Assembly: GCA_963803225.1 (NCBI GenBank)
Contig: CAWDLJ010000004.1
Span: 1,167,706-1,231,705, forward strand
Direction of reading: 5' to 3'
Source of the DNA: an uncultured beta proteobacterium
Lineage (GTDB): Bacteria > Pseudomonadota > Gammaproteobacteria > Burkholderiales > Burkholderiaceae
Length of the DNA: 64,000 nucleotides
Positions 9,240-18,661 of the stretch are shown here, piece by piece (position 1 is the first letter of the stretch; every line of letters starts with the position of its first letter). The notes under the pieces are model-generated. The model saw only the letters and a program-made list of their open reading frames with translations. It was not told where the DNA came from and searched no databases. A program made the translations under genes and the position numbers.

Positions 9240-10424
9240 TCAGAACGGCGCGACGCGTGCTTGTTCGACTGAAACGGGGGCAGCTGAAGTACCGGCGCTC
9301 GCCGGGTGTGCCGGTGCCGGGTTGGCCGGCGCGACCTTGGCAATTTCGGCCGATGACAACCCGGTGGTGCCGTCTTCCGCCCCGCCCGCCACGAGCACTT
9401 CGCCGTTTGGCAGCGCAGTACCGACCAGATACGCACGCGACACGCTCATCTCGCCGGCGTAAGTCCATTTGTTGCTGACAGGATCGTAAAGCTCCGTCGA
9501 CGATGCAAACTCGCCGTTCACATACTGGCCGCCGGTGGCAAGGACCTGGCCATCGGGAAGCACTGCGCTCGTGAAATAAGCCCGGATGCTGTTCATGTTG
9601 CCGGCATAGGACCACGAATTGGTGGCCGGGTCGTACAGGTCAGCCGAGGGCGCCTGTACACCGCCCGCCACGAGCACCTTTCCGCCCGGCAGCAGGTTGG
9701 CGCTCGCGCCCACGCGTGCCGTGCTCATCACGCCTGCGGGCGACCACTTATTGGTCGACGGGTCGTAGAGCTCGGCAGCCGTATTGCCGTTGGCGGTAGG
9801 ATTCATGCCGCCCGCCACCAGCACTTTGCCGTTCGGGAGCAGCGTGCCGACAAAGTCGCAGCGGGCAAACTGCATGTTCGCGGCGCGAGCCCATTTGGCG
9901 GTCGCGGGGTCATACAGCTCCGCCGACGACACGCATTCCCGCGACGAGGCGCCACCCGCTACCAGCACCTTGCCGCCGGGCAGCGCTACAGCGACCGCTC
10001 TGGCTCGCGCAACATGCATGCTGCCGGTGCTGGACCAGCTATTGGTCGAAGGCGCGTACAGTTCGGCGCTCGCATCCGGCTTGCCGGCCTGGTTGAGTCC
10101 ACCCGCTACCAGCACCTCGCCGTTGGGTAGTTGCACGCTCAACGGCCACGCCCGTGGCACGGTCATGGTCCCGGCGCTGCTCCACTGGTTGCTGGCTGAA
10201 TCGTACAGTTCAGCCGAGGCGAGATTGCTGCCTGGCTGCGACGCGCCACCCACGACGAGCAACTTGCCGTTCGAAAGCAGCGTCGCCGAAGCGCTTGCCC
10301 GTGCGACCGACATGCTTGCCGCCGGCGTCCAGCTGACGCCGGATCCGGCCGCGTTGCTGACGCTGGCATAACAACAGAGGATGGCAGCCATGGCGGCTAC
10401 TGAGTAGTGCTTCGTGTTCGTCAT
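9240..10424 (-). CDS. Secreted seven-repeat Kelch beta-propeller protein
   Basis: Signal peptide MTNTKHYSVAAMAAILCC..., seven W-x-M-x-R...L-x-G-x-VLV-x-GG...AELYD repeats, Pro/Ala tail. Confidence 0.85.
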   Translation of the reverse strand: MTNTKHYSVAAMAAILCCYASVSNAAGSGVSWTPAASMSVARASASATLLSNGKLLVVGGASQPGSNLASAELYDSASNQWSSAGTMTVPRAWPLSVQLPNGEVLVAGGLNQAGKPDASAELYAPSTNSWSSTGSMHVARARAVAVALPGGKVLVAGGASSRECVSSAELYDPATAKWARAANMQFARCDFVGTLLPNGKVLVAGGMNPTANGNTAAELYDPSTNKWSPAGVMSTARVGASANLLPGGKVLVAGGVQAPSADLYDPATNSWSYAGNMNSIRAYFTSAVLPDGQVLATGGQYVNGEFASSTELYDPVSNKWTYAGEMSVSRAYLVGTALPNGEVLVAGGAEDGTTGLSSAEIAKVAPANPAPAHPASAGTSAAPVSVEQARVAPF

Positions 10425-10594
10425 AGATCGAGCGCGCGGGGAGTGGGACAAGAAGGCCGTGACTGACTGGCCAAGTCGACACGGAACACACACTCACGGT
10501 AGCACCCCCGCGTGAGCGGAGAATGATGAAGCCGCATCATCGTGAGCTAATTCTGCGCGGCTAGTCTGGCCCTGTTGAGATAGGGGACGAGCAG

Positions 10595-11896
10595 ATGAAC
10601 ACTACCAGCGAAACAGTCGTCGACGTGGCCGCCAGGCGCCGCGAGCCGACCCGCGTGCGCGCCGTGCTGGCGAGCGCGGTCGGCAATGCGATGGAGTGGT
10701 ACGACTTCGCCATCTACGGCTTGATGGCGAAGGTGCTGGCCCAGAATTTCTTCCCGGCGCACGACGCCACCATCTCGCTGATCCTCACGTATGGTGCGTT
10801 CGCGCTGTCCTTTCTCGCACGCCCGGTGGGCGCCGCGCTGTTCGGACACATCGGCGACAAGCACGGACGCCGGCCGGCCCTCATCCTCTCGGCGGGCGCG
10901 ATGGCGCTGTGCAGTGCGCTCGTCGGCCTGCTGCCGGTGTATCGCGAAGCAGGGCTGCTTGCACCCGTGCTGCTCGTCGTGTTGCGGCTGATTCAGGGCT
11001 TGTCGGTCGGCGGCGAACACGCGACTTCGGCGATCGTGCTCGTCGAGCAAGCCGCGAAGAAACGGCGCGGTTTCCTGAGCAGCTTCGCGGTGGTGGCGGT
11101 CGCGGCGGGCACGCTGACCGGGTCGGCCGTCGATGCCGTGCTCAGTTCGATGCTGTCGCCTGCCGCGATGCTCGAGTGGGGCTGGCGCGTTCCGTTCCTG
11201 CTCGGCGTGGTGCTCGGCGGCGTCGCATTGGCGTTGCGCAAGACGAGCCTCGCGCATGAAGCTGAATCCGCGCCGGTCGCAATGCCCGTCGTCGAGGCGC
11301 TGCGCACGGACTGGCGGGCCATGACGCGCGCCTTCGTGCTGGCGATGGCGCCGGGCGCGGGGTTCTATCTGACTTTCATCTATCTGCCGACCTTTCTTCA
11401 GCACGTCGACGGCATGCACCCGGCGATCGCACTGCGGCTCAATACCCTCAGCATGATCGTCATGATGGTGCTCACGCCGCTGTTTGGCCTGATCTCTGAT
11501 CGCATCGGCAGGAAGCCGGTGCTCGCGACGGCGCTGGTCGGATTCGTGTTGTTGTCCTATCCGATTTTCACGCTGTTGCTGAGCGGGCAGTTTGCGCTTA
11601 TCGCCTTCGGCCAGATCGGGCTCGCCGTGCTGAATGCGATTTACAGCGGCGCGGCGCTCGTCGCGCTCGCCGAGATGTTCGAGCGTCGCATCCGCTGCTC
11701 GGCGATGTCGTTGAGCCTGAACGCGGGCATGGGGCTGATCGGCGGCACGGCGCCGGTCATTGCGGTCTACCTCGTGCGTTGCCTCAACGATCCGGCGGGG
11801 CCCGCGTTCTACCTGATGTTCATTGCGCTGCTGGTGCTGGTGTTCGGCGTGGCCGGCTGGAAGCCCTGCGCTGAGGTGCGCGCCGAAGCGTCCTGA
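10595..11896 (+). CDS. MFS transporter, MHS/ProP family
   Basis: GNAMEWYDF, GDKHGRR and DRIGRK motifs, about 12 TM segments. Confidence 0.9.
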   Translation: MNTTSETVVDVAARRREPTRVRAVLASAVGNAMEWYDFAIYGLMAKVLAQNFFPAHDATISLILTYGAFALSFLARPVGAALFGHIGDKHGRRPALILSAGAMALCSALVGLLPVYREAGLLAPVLLVVLRLIQGLSVGGEHATSAIVLVEQAAKKRRGFLSSFAVVAVAAGTLTGSAVDAVLSSMLSPAAMLEWGWRVPFLLGVVLGGVALALRKTSLAHEAESAPVAMPVVEALRTDWRAMTRAFVLAMAPGAGFYLTFIYLPTFLQHVDGMHPAIALRLNTLSMIVMMVLTPLFGLISDRIGRKPVLATALVGFVLLSYPIFTLLLSGQFALIAFGQIGLAVLNAIYSGAALVALAEMFERRIRCSAMSLSLNAGMGLIGGTAPVIAVYLVRCLNDPAGPAFYLMFIALLVLVFGVAGWKPCAEVRAEAS

Positions 11897-11916
11897 GGGT
11901 GGGCAACAGTGCCGCG

Positions 11917-12468
11917 TTACTGAAGTGCGCCCCAGCGCTCGACCGCCGGCTCCGCCGAGGCCCACTTCCAGCTGCCGCTGTCCTGCCGGCACGTGCTGGC
12001 CGAGAACCACTGTTCGGGCGAGCCGGGCGCGTCGCCATCGACGACCGAGAACACGAATTCCTTGCACAGCGCGAGCGACGAGGCGAACGCGCGCACCACG
12101 CGCACTTCGCCGTGGCCGTTCTCGACCGGCAGCGTATGGGCGACGCGCCAGGGCTGCGTGCCGCCGACCGGCAGCGCGCCGGCGGTGGCCGCGATCAGAT
12201 CCTGCTGGTCCGTGTGCATGGTGCGCATGAAGCGGTTGACGGCTTCGTCGGTGGCCGCCTGCACGACGATGCCGACGCCGATGCCGACCGCCGGATTCGC
12301 GGTCACGAGGCCCGAGGCGGCAGCGGCGGCCGCACCGCTCGCCGCGCCGATCGACGTGCAGCCGTCGAGCAGCGCGGCCGCGCCGAGACAAAGCGCGCCA
12401 CCCGCGAGCCAGCGCGCGAGAAGCCGTGAATGTCCGCGATGCGGCGCCCGCCCGGCACGCGCCATCAT
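11917..12468 (-). CDS. Lipoprotein with glycine-zipper and 17-kDa-antigen-like C-terminal domain (paralog 2)
   Basis: Lipobox LDGC. Its ATG overlaps the TGA of the upstream paralog (ATGA). Ends WKWASAEPAVERWGALQ. Confidence 0.8.
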   Translation of the reverse strand: MMARAGRAPHRGHSRLLARWLAGGALCLGAAALLDGCTSIGAASGAAAAAASGLVTANPAVGIGVGIVVQAATDEAVNRFMRTMHTDQQDLIAATAGALPVGGTQPWRVAHTLPVENGHGEVRVVRAFASSLALCKEFVFSVVDGDAPGSPEQWFSASTCRQDSGSWKWASAEPAVERWGALQ

Positions 12469-13004
12469 TGCAGCGCTCCCCAGCGTTGGGTCGCCGGTTC
12501 CGCCGAGGCCCATTTCCACTGGCTGCCGTCACGGCAGATCGAGGCGACGTAGAACGCACTCGAGGCGGCCGCTTTCTGCGTGGCCGGTTGATCGACGGAG
12601 AAGACGATTTCCTTGCAGTCGAGCGCGCCCGAGCTGATCGCGCGGCTGACCGTGACGCGGCCGTGCTCGTCGTCCTCGATCGGCACCGAGTGGGTGATCG
12701 ACCACGGCGCGACTGCGCCGACATCGAGCGGCCCGGCCGCGAGTGCGATGCTGTCCTGGGTGTTGCGATGGACGACCCGCTCGGAGTACTGAACGCCGGC
12801 GCGCGCGGCCGCGACGGCGCCGAGGCCGATGCCGGTCGCGACGGCGGCGTTGTCGGTGACCTTGGCGGCGATGGCCGCGCCGGCGATACCCGCGCCCGCC
12901 TGGGCGCCTTCGGAGTAGAGCGAACTACAGCCGCCCAAGCCGCCCAGCGACAAGGCGGCGGTGGCCGCGATCAAAGCCCAGGCGGCGCAACGTCGGTATT
13001 GCAT
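12465..13004 (-). CDS. Lipoprotein with glycine-zipper and 17-kDa-antigen-like C-terminal domain (paralog 1)
   Basis: Lipobox LGGC. Ends WKWASAEPATQRWGALQ. Confidence 0.8.
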   Translation of the reverse strand: MQYRRCAAWALIAATAALSLGGLGGCSSLYSEGAQAGAGIAGAAIAAKVTDNAAVATGIGLGAVAAARAGVQYSERVVHRNTQDSIALAAGPLDVGAVAPWSITHSVPIEDDEHGRVTVSRAISSGALDCKEIVFSVDQPATQKAAASSAFYVASICRDGSQWKWASAEPATQRWGALQ

Positions 13005-13065
13005 GTTCTCGTCCTGCGTCTGGCGCGGTACCCGTGTGACGGGCACGGCGCGTGTGTTCAATGGC

Positions 13066-13081
13066 GCAGGCATTGTGCCGG
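13066..13081 (-). promoter_or_regulatory. Sigma-54 -24/-12 promoter for the lipoprotein pair
   Basis: Minus strand reads CCGGCACAATGCCTGC (GG-N10-GC), about 60 bp upstream of the ATG at 13004. Confidence 0.6.
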
Positions 13082-13167
13082 ATGCGCTTTGTCAGCGGGA
13101 CGAAAAAAGTGCAAGAAATTGCAAAAGAGCGAGCCGCAAGCACCGGCTGCGTGCTGCGATGGCGGCG

Positions 13168-14187
13168 CTACGCTTCGTCGTCGGGCGGGGGCGGCGTGTC
13201 TTCGGTGCCGTAGCTGCCGAGCCGGTTATAGAGCGTCTTCAGGCTCACGCCGAGTGTGCGCGCGGCGAGCCGCTTGTCGCCGCCGCAGTAGCGCAGGGTG
13301 CCGAGGATGATCTGCTTTTGCGCATCGGCGAGCGGCGTGCCGATCCAGACGCTCATCGCGTCGCCCTGGGTAACGGGCTTCTTCACCTTCGAGGCGAGCT
13401 GCGGATGCGCGACCTCGACGACTTTCTCCGCGAGGATGAATGCGCGATACACGGCGTTCTTCAGCTCGCGCACGTTGCCGGGCCACGACCAGCTGCGCAG
13501 CGCCTCGAGCGTGCGTTTGCTGAACGCCTTGCGGGTGCCTTCCTGCTCGTTGAACTCGGCAAGGAATAGTTGCGCGAGCAACTCACGGTCCTGCTCGCGC
13601 TCGCGCAATGGCGGCGCGCGCAGCGGAAACACGGCGAGCCGGTACAGCAGGTCTTCGCGCAGGCAGTTCTCCTTCACGGCGACGACCGGATCGCGGTTGG
13701 TGGCCGCGACGATGCGCACGTCGCCCTGAATCGCATCGTTGCCGCCGACGCGGAAAAATTCACCGGTCTCGAGCGCGCGCAGCAGCTTGACCTGATGGAC
13801 GGGCGCCATCTCGGTGATCTCGTCGAGAAAGAGCGTGCCGCCGCGCGCGTATTCGAAGTGCCCCGTGCGTTCCTGCACGGCGCCCGTGAAGCTGCCTTTT
13901 TCGTGACCGAACAACTCGGCCTCGATCAACTCGGTCGGAATCGCGCCGCAGTTCACGGCGACGAACGGCCCGTCGCGGCGCGTGCTGCGCTGATGGATGG
14001 TGCGCGCAATCAGCTCCTTGCCGGTGCCCGATTCGCCGACGATGAGGGCAGTTGCTTCCGTGATCGCCACGCGCTCGATCTGCGCGTACAGTTCCTGCAT
14101 GACAGTCGATGAGCCGTACAGCAGGCCATACGACTGCAGGCCGGCCACGCGTACCGCGGCCGGCGAGTCCAGCTCGGTTGACGGCAT
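13168..14187 (-). CDS. Sigma-54 enhancer-binding protein lacking an N-terminal regulatory domain (AAA+ and Fis HTH only)
   Basis: GESGTGKE, GSFTGA (GAFTGA variant), LFLDEI, WPGNVREL, HTH GVSLKTLYNRL. Only about 25 aa precede the AAA domain. Confidence 0.88.
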   Translation of the reverse strand: MPSTELDSPAAVRVAGLQSYGLLYGSSTVMQELYAQIERVAITEATALIVGESGTGKELIARTIHQRSTRRDGPFVAVNCGAIPTELIEAELFGHEKGSFTGAVQERTGHFEYARGGTLFLDEITEMAPVHQVKLLRALETGEFFRVGGNDAIQGDVRIVAATNRDPVVAVKENCLREDLLYRLAVFPLRAPPLREREQDRELLAQLFLAEFNEQEGTRKAFSKRTLEALRSWSWPGNVRELKNAVYRAFILAEKVVEVAHPQLASKVKKPVTQGDAMSVWIGTPLADAQKQIILGTLRYCGGDKRLAARTLGVSLKTLYNRLGSYGTEDTPPPPDDEA

Positions 14188-14349
14188 AACAGTTGAGTCC
14201 TGCAAAGTACTGCGCTGCCTGAGACAGGCAGCGCGTTGTCGGGGGGCTCGAGCGTCGGCGACACGGTTTGTCCCGCCGACAGTCGAGTTCGATCCTGTAG
14301 ACATTTAACCACTGCCTTGCATGACAGGGCAATCGACGCCGCAGCCGAC

Positions 14350-14366
14350 CCGGCACGATTGATGCT
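14350..14366 (+). promoter_or_regulatory. Sigma-54 promoter
   Basis: CCGGCACGATTGATGCT (GG 14352-53, GC 14364-65). Confidence 0.65.
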
Positions 14367-14425
14367 GATGGAACTCATTCATGTCGACGCGATCGACAGG
14401 CTGAATGCGTTTGAGGAGGAATGAC

Positions 14426-14704
14426 ATGTCCAGACAGAAAGTTGGCATATTCGGGGCTCTCGTGGCTGTGGGCGGTGTACTTGCGTGGCGTTGGGCGCAG
14501 CGGCACCGGAGTTCGCAGGCGGGGCTCAATCGCGAACTGAGCCGCTGGGAAGACGAAGGCGGCTCGCTCGCGACCAGCACCCAGACGGCGCCGTCGCACC
14601 CGACGCCCCTTGCTTCGGCAGTCGGTGCCATGGGCGAGCGCAGCAACGGCGCGGCGGGTCAGGCATGGCCGTTTCCGCAAACCGATACACGTAACCAATC
14701 GTGA
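14426..14704 (+). CDS. Small membrane-anchored protein with RWEDEGG motif
   Basis: GAGGAGGA SD, N-terminal TM segment, sigma-54 promoter upstream. Confidence 0.72.
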   Translation: MSRQKVGIFGALVAVGGVLAWRWAQRHRSSQAGLNRELSRWEDEGGSLATSTQTAPSHPTPLASAVGAMGERSNGAAGQAWPFPQTDTRNQS

Positions 14705-14963
14705 GCAGGCTTGCATCTTACATCTCGAATACGTCTATAATAGGTTGGATTCACAACAATCATGGTTTGGGTGGCCGCTTACCCGCAACATTGTTGCAGC
14801 GGCGACCTTAATAAGGCGGTTTGCCATGTTCTGGCAGTGGCCCGTTGTTGCGGGACGCTGACCCGTTTCGTACTCCATTGCAGCGTTGCAGCTGGGCGCG
14901 CCGAGAGGCGCCGCCGGCAGCGGCCGCATGGAGCCATTCACCTTGACAGGCTGACGAGACGCG

Positions 14964-16361
14964 ATGCCACATGTATTGATTGTCGATGACGATGCCGGCA
15001 CCCGTGAGGCGCTAGCGGAAGTCGTGAGCGCCGACGGCCTCACCACTGCGCTGGCGGGGGATCTGCGCGAAGCGCGCATCCAGCTCGTGCGGCAGATGCC
15101 CGATGTCGTGTTCACCGATTTGAAGCTGCCCGACGGCAGCGGCATGGATCTGTTCCAGGATCTCGACCCGCGCTCGGGCGTGGAGGTCGTGGTCATCACG
15201 GGCCACGCGACGGTCGAGTCCGCCGTCGAAGCGCTCAAGTCCGGCGCGACCGATTACCTCGTCAAGCCAATCAACCTGCAGCGCGTGAAGGCGATCCTCA
15301 ATCGCATGCCGCGTCCGGGCGACCTGAAAGCCGAGATCGGCAACCTGCGCGGCGAGTTGCGGCGCATGGGCCGCTTCGGGCTGATGCTCGGCAGCTCGCC
15401 GGTGATGCAGTCGGTCTACGACCAGGTCGGACGCGTCGCGCCGACGGCGGCATCGGTGATGCTGGTTGGCGAATCCGGCACCGGCAAGGAAGTCGCCGCG
15501 CAGACCGTGCACCAGCTGAGCCTGCGCCGCAAGCACGAGTTTCTCGCCGTGAACTGCGGCGCAATCTCGCCAAACCTGATCGAGTCCGAAATGTTCGGCC
15601 ACGAGCGCGGCTCGTTTACCGGCGCCGATCGTCAGCACAAGGGCTATTTCGAGCGCGCGAACGGCGGCACGCTGTTCCTCGACGAAATCACCGAAATGCC
15701 GATCGAGCTGCAGGTCAAGCTGCTGCGCGTGCTCGAAACGGGCGTTTTCATGCGGGTCGGCACCACCAAGGAAATCGAGACCGACGTGCGCCTGATCGCC
15801 GCCACCAATCGCGATCCGGAGCAGGCGGTCGCCGACGGCAAGCTGCGGCTCGATCTCTATCACCGGCTCAATGTGTTCCCGATCAGCCTGCCGCCGCTGC
15901 GCGAGCGCGGCAAGGATGTCGAACTGCTCGCCCAGGCGTTTCTCGACGACTTGAACGAGCGGCACGGCACGCGCAAGATCTTCCCGCCCGCTGTGCGCGA
16001 CATGCTGCAGTCCTATGCGTGGCCCGGCAACGTGCGCGAGCTGAAGAACTACGTGCAGCGCGCGCACATCATGTCGGGGCCGGAATCGGACCTGACGGCC
16101 GTGGTGCCGTTGCAGATCTCGTTGTCGCGGCCCGCAGCCGGGACGGCCGTCACGATTGCGTTCGGCACATCGCTCGCCGATGCCGACCGCCAGCTGATTC
16201 TCGCGACGCTCGACCAGTGCGGCGGCGTGAAGACGCGGGCGGCCGAAATCCTCGGCATCAGTCTCAAGACGCTCTATAACCGGCTCGTCGAGTACGGCAA
16301 CGAGACGGGCAAGGGCGGTGCAGCCGATACGCTCGCCGAGTCGCGCGTGGCTGGCGTGTAG
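14964..16361 (+). CDS. NtrC-family sigma-54 response regulator (REC-AAA+-HTH)
   Basis: REC domain (VDDD, DLKLPDG), GESGTGKE, GSFTGA, HTH. Confidence 0.93.
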   Translation: MPHVLIVDDDAGTREALAEVVSADGLTTALAGDLREARIQLVRQMPDVVFTDLKLPDGSGMDLFQDLDPRSGVEVVVITGHATVESAVEALKSGATDYLVKPINLQRVKAILNRMPRPGDLKAEIGNLRGELRRMGRFGLMLGSSPVMQSVYDQVGRVAPTAASVMLVGESGTGKEVAAQTVHQLSLRRKHEFLAVNCGAISPNLIESEMFGHERGSFTGADRQHKGYFERANGGTLFLDEITEMPIELQVKLLRVLETGVFMRVGTTKEIETDVRLIAATNRDPEQAVADGKLRLDLYHRLNVFPISLPPLRERGKDVELLAQAFLDDLNERHGTRKIFPPAVRDMLQSYAWPGNVRELKNYVQRAHIMSGPESDLTAVVPLQISLSRPAAGTAVTIAFGTSLADADRQLILATLDQCGGVKTRAAEILGISLKTLYNRLVEYGNETGKGGAADTLAESRVAGV

Positions 16362-16383
16362 CACGTTTCCCGGGTGGCGGTGC

Positions 16384-16400
16384 GCGGCACATCGCTTGCG
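16384..16400 (+). promoter_or_regulatory. Sigma-54 promoter
   Basis: GCGGCACATCGCTTGCG (GG 16386-87, GC 16398-99). Confidence 0.65.
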
Positions 16401-16434
16401 CAACCGCTGCGCAAGACGCCACAAGGAGTGGACG

Positions 16435-16626
16435 ATGCGCACGCCTCAATTTTCCGCTTCGGCGCGCTGGCCCCTGCCGCGCGCCGCCCATACGCCGCAA
16501 CCCGACGAACCGCCGGTCGAACCCGGCGAACCCGATGCGCCCCCGATCGGCGATCCGCCGAGCCCTCCCGGCGAAGTGCCGCGCGCCGTCCCACGGCGCA
16601 CTCCATCACCTCGCGCTTTTATGTAA
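16435..16626 (+). CDS. Small Pro-rich protein (63 aa)
   Basis: AAGGAG SD just upstream of the ATG, sigma-54 promoter immediately upstream. Confidence 0.55.
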   Translation: MRTPQFSASARWPLPRAAHTPQPDEPPVEPGEPDAPPIGDPPSPPGEVPRAVPRRTPSPRAFM

Positions 16627-16731
16627 TCGATACAAAGGGGATGCGCTTTTTACCGGCAAATTCGCGCACCTGACTCTAGACTATGGAAAAGCCACCGTCC
16701 TGGTGGCGGCCTTCCTGCTGGAGGCATCGAA

Positions 16732-16956
16732 ATGAGACACCCTGCATTGCGCCGCTCGGCGCGTCATTCGGGCAAGCGCGGTCCTCGTGACTCGGAGGCG
16801 AAAAGCGGCGCGGCGCTGCCCGGCGCGAGCCCCGACCCTGACGGCCAGAATCGCCCAGCCCCCGCCACCCCGCCGGACGGCGAGCACAACCAGGGCGGCA
16901 CACGCGCGGAAGGGCTCGAGTACCAGCGCGATCTCGGCTCCGAACAGGACGCCTGA
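16732..16956 (+). CDS. Small hydrophilic disordered protein (74 aa)
   Basis: GGAGG SD; ends GLEYQRDLGSEQDA. Confidence 0.6.
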   Translation: MRHPALRRSARHSGKRGPRDSEAKSGAALPGASPDPDGQNRPAPATPPDGEHNQGGTRAEGLEYQRDLGSEQDA

Positions 16957-17088
16957 CAGCCACCGATGCGTGCGGGCGCACTTCGACTCGCACGCATACC
17001 GACCCTTGATCCGGATTGGCGCGTTCATGCGCGGCATGCGTTCGTCTGCAGCGTGCCCAATGACGCGCATTTTTGTGTTTTGCGCACT

Positions 17089-17105
17089 GCGGCATGATGT
17101 TTGCT
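17089..17105 (+). promoter_or_regulatory. Sigma-54 promoter for otsA
   Basis: GCGGCATGATGTTTGCT (GG 17091-92, GC 17103-04), followed by a GAGGAGG SD. Confidence 0.65.
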
Positions 17106-17155
17106 CTGTTCGTTGGGCAACGTCGCACGCAATACATTGAGGAGGCAAAGCCACA

Positions 17156-18580
17156 ATGGGCAGACTGATCGTAGTATCGAATCGCGTGGCACCCATTCAG
17201 GAAGGACGCCCGGCAGCAGGCGGCCTCGCGATCGGCGTACTGGACGCACTCAAGGAAACCGGTGGTGTGTGGTTCGGCTGGAGCGGCGAGACCGTCACCG
17301 AGCCGTCCGCCCCCGTGATCGAGCAGCAAGGCAGCGTCACCTACGCGACCGTCGGTCTGACGCGGCGCGATTACGACCAGTACTATCGCGGTTTCTCGAA
17401 CACCACGCTCTGGCCGACCTTCCACTACCGCACCGACCTCGCGCGCTATGAGCGCCAGGAATACGGCGGCTATCTGCGCGTGAACGTCACGCTCGCGCGC
17501 CAGTTGTTGCCGCTCATCGAGCCCGACGATGTGATCTGGGTGCACGACTATCATCTGCTGCCGTTCGCGCGCTGCCTGCGCGATCTGGGCGTGAAGAATC
17601 CGATCGGCTTCTTCCTGCATATCCCGTTTCCGGTGCCGGAAGTGCTGCGCTCCGTGCCGCCGCACGAGGAACTCATCAAGTTCATGTGCCACTACGACGT
17701 CGTCGGCTTCCAGACCGATTCCGATCGTCAGGCTTTCCTCGACTACATCGAGCGCGGTGGCCACGGCACCTCGAGCGATGACGGCATGGTCCACGGCTAC
17801 GGACGGTTCCTCAAGGTCGGCGCCTATCCGATCGGCATCTATCCCGATGCCATCGAGCAAGCGGCAGCGCAGTACAGCGATCGCAAGCCGGTGCGCACCC
17901 TGCGCGAGGCGATGCGCGGACGCAGGCTGATCATGAGTGTCGACCGGCTCGATTATTCGAAGGGTCTGGTCGAGCGCTTCCAGTCCTTCGAGCGGCTCCT
18001 GCAGAACGGCCCGGGCTGGCATGGCCGCGTGTCGCTCGTGCAGATCGCGCCGCCGACGCGCTCGGACGTGCAGACCTACCAGACCATTCGACGCAACCTC
18101 GAAGGCGAGGCGGGGCGCATCAACGGCCGCTTCGCCCAGCTCGACTGGACGCCGATCCAGTACCTGAACCGCAAGTACGAACGCAACTTGCTGATGGCGC
18201 TGTTCCGGCTGTCGCAGGTGGGTTATGTGACGCCGCTGCGCGACGGCATGAATCTCGTCGCCAAGGAGTACGTGGCGTCGCAGGATCCGGCCGATCCGGG
18301 TGTGCTCGTGCTGTCGCAGTTCGCGGGCGCCGCCGAGCAGTTGCCGGGCGCGCTCGTCGTCAATCCTTACGATTTGGCGCAGACGGCCGAGGCTCTGGAG
18401 CGTGCGCTGTCGATGCCGCTCGCCGAACGCCAGGCGCGCCATGGCGACATGATGGCGTCGCTCAGGGAGAACAACTTGTCGGTCTGGCGCGATACGTTCC
18501 TGGCCGACCTGCGCAGCGTGGCGACGGCGGCTTCGGTGACGGCCAACGCGAAGCTGCGTTCGGCGGCGAAGGCGGCTTGA
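17156..18580 (+). CDS. otsA: Trehalose-6-phosphate synthase
   Basis: [46 protein letters not shown] motifs. Confidence 0.96.
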   Translation: MGRLIVVSNRVAPIQEGRPAAGGLAIGVLDALKETGGVWFGWSGETVTEPSAPVIEQQGSVTYATVGLTRRDYDQYYRGFSNTTLWPTFHYRTDLARYERQEYGGYLRVNVTLARQLLPLIEPDDVIWVHDYHLLPFARCLRDLGVKNPIGFFLHIPFPVPEVLRSVPPHEELIKFMCHYDVVGFQTDSDRQAFLDYIERGGHGTSSDDGMVHGYGRFLKVGAYPIGIYPDAIEQAAAQYSDRKPVRTLREAMRGRRLIMSVDRLDYSKGLVERFQSFERLLQNGPGWHGRVSLVQIAPPTRSDVQTYQTIRRNLEGEAGRINGRFAQLDWTPIQYLNRKYERNLLMALFRLSQVGYVTPLRDGMNLVAKEYVASQDPADPGVLVLSQFAGAAEQLPGALVVNPYDLAQTAEALERALSMPLAERQARHGDMMASLRENNLSVWRDTFLADLRSVATAASVTANAKLRSAAKAA

Positions 18581-18609
18581 GGCGCGCGCTTCGCACAATG
18601 ACCTACCCG

Positions 18610-18642
18610 CACGGCGGCCTTCTTCAGGCCGCCGTGTTTTTT
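18610..18642 (+). terminator. Rho-independent terminator after otsA
   Basis: CACGGCGGCCT-TCTTC-AGGCCGCCGTG followed by T6. Confidence 0.85.
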
Positions 18643-18661
18643 GCGTCGTAGGCTGAGTCGC

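Noticed and set aside
9240-10424. Kelch protein as a galactose/glyoxal oxidase
   Set aside because: No C-terminal Ig-like domain and no recognisable copper-ligand set; only the propeller repeats are present.
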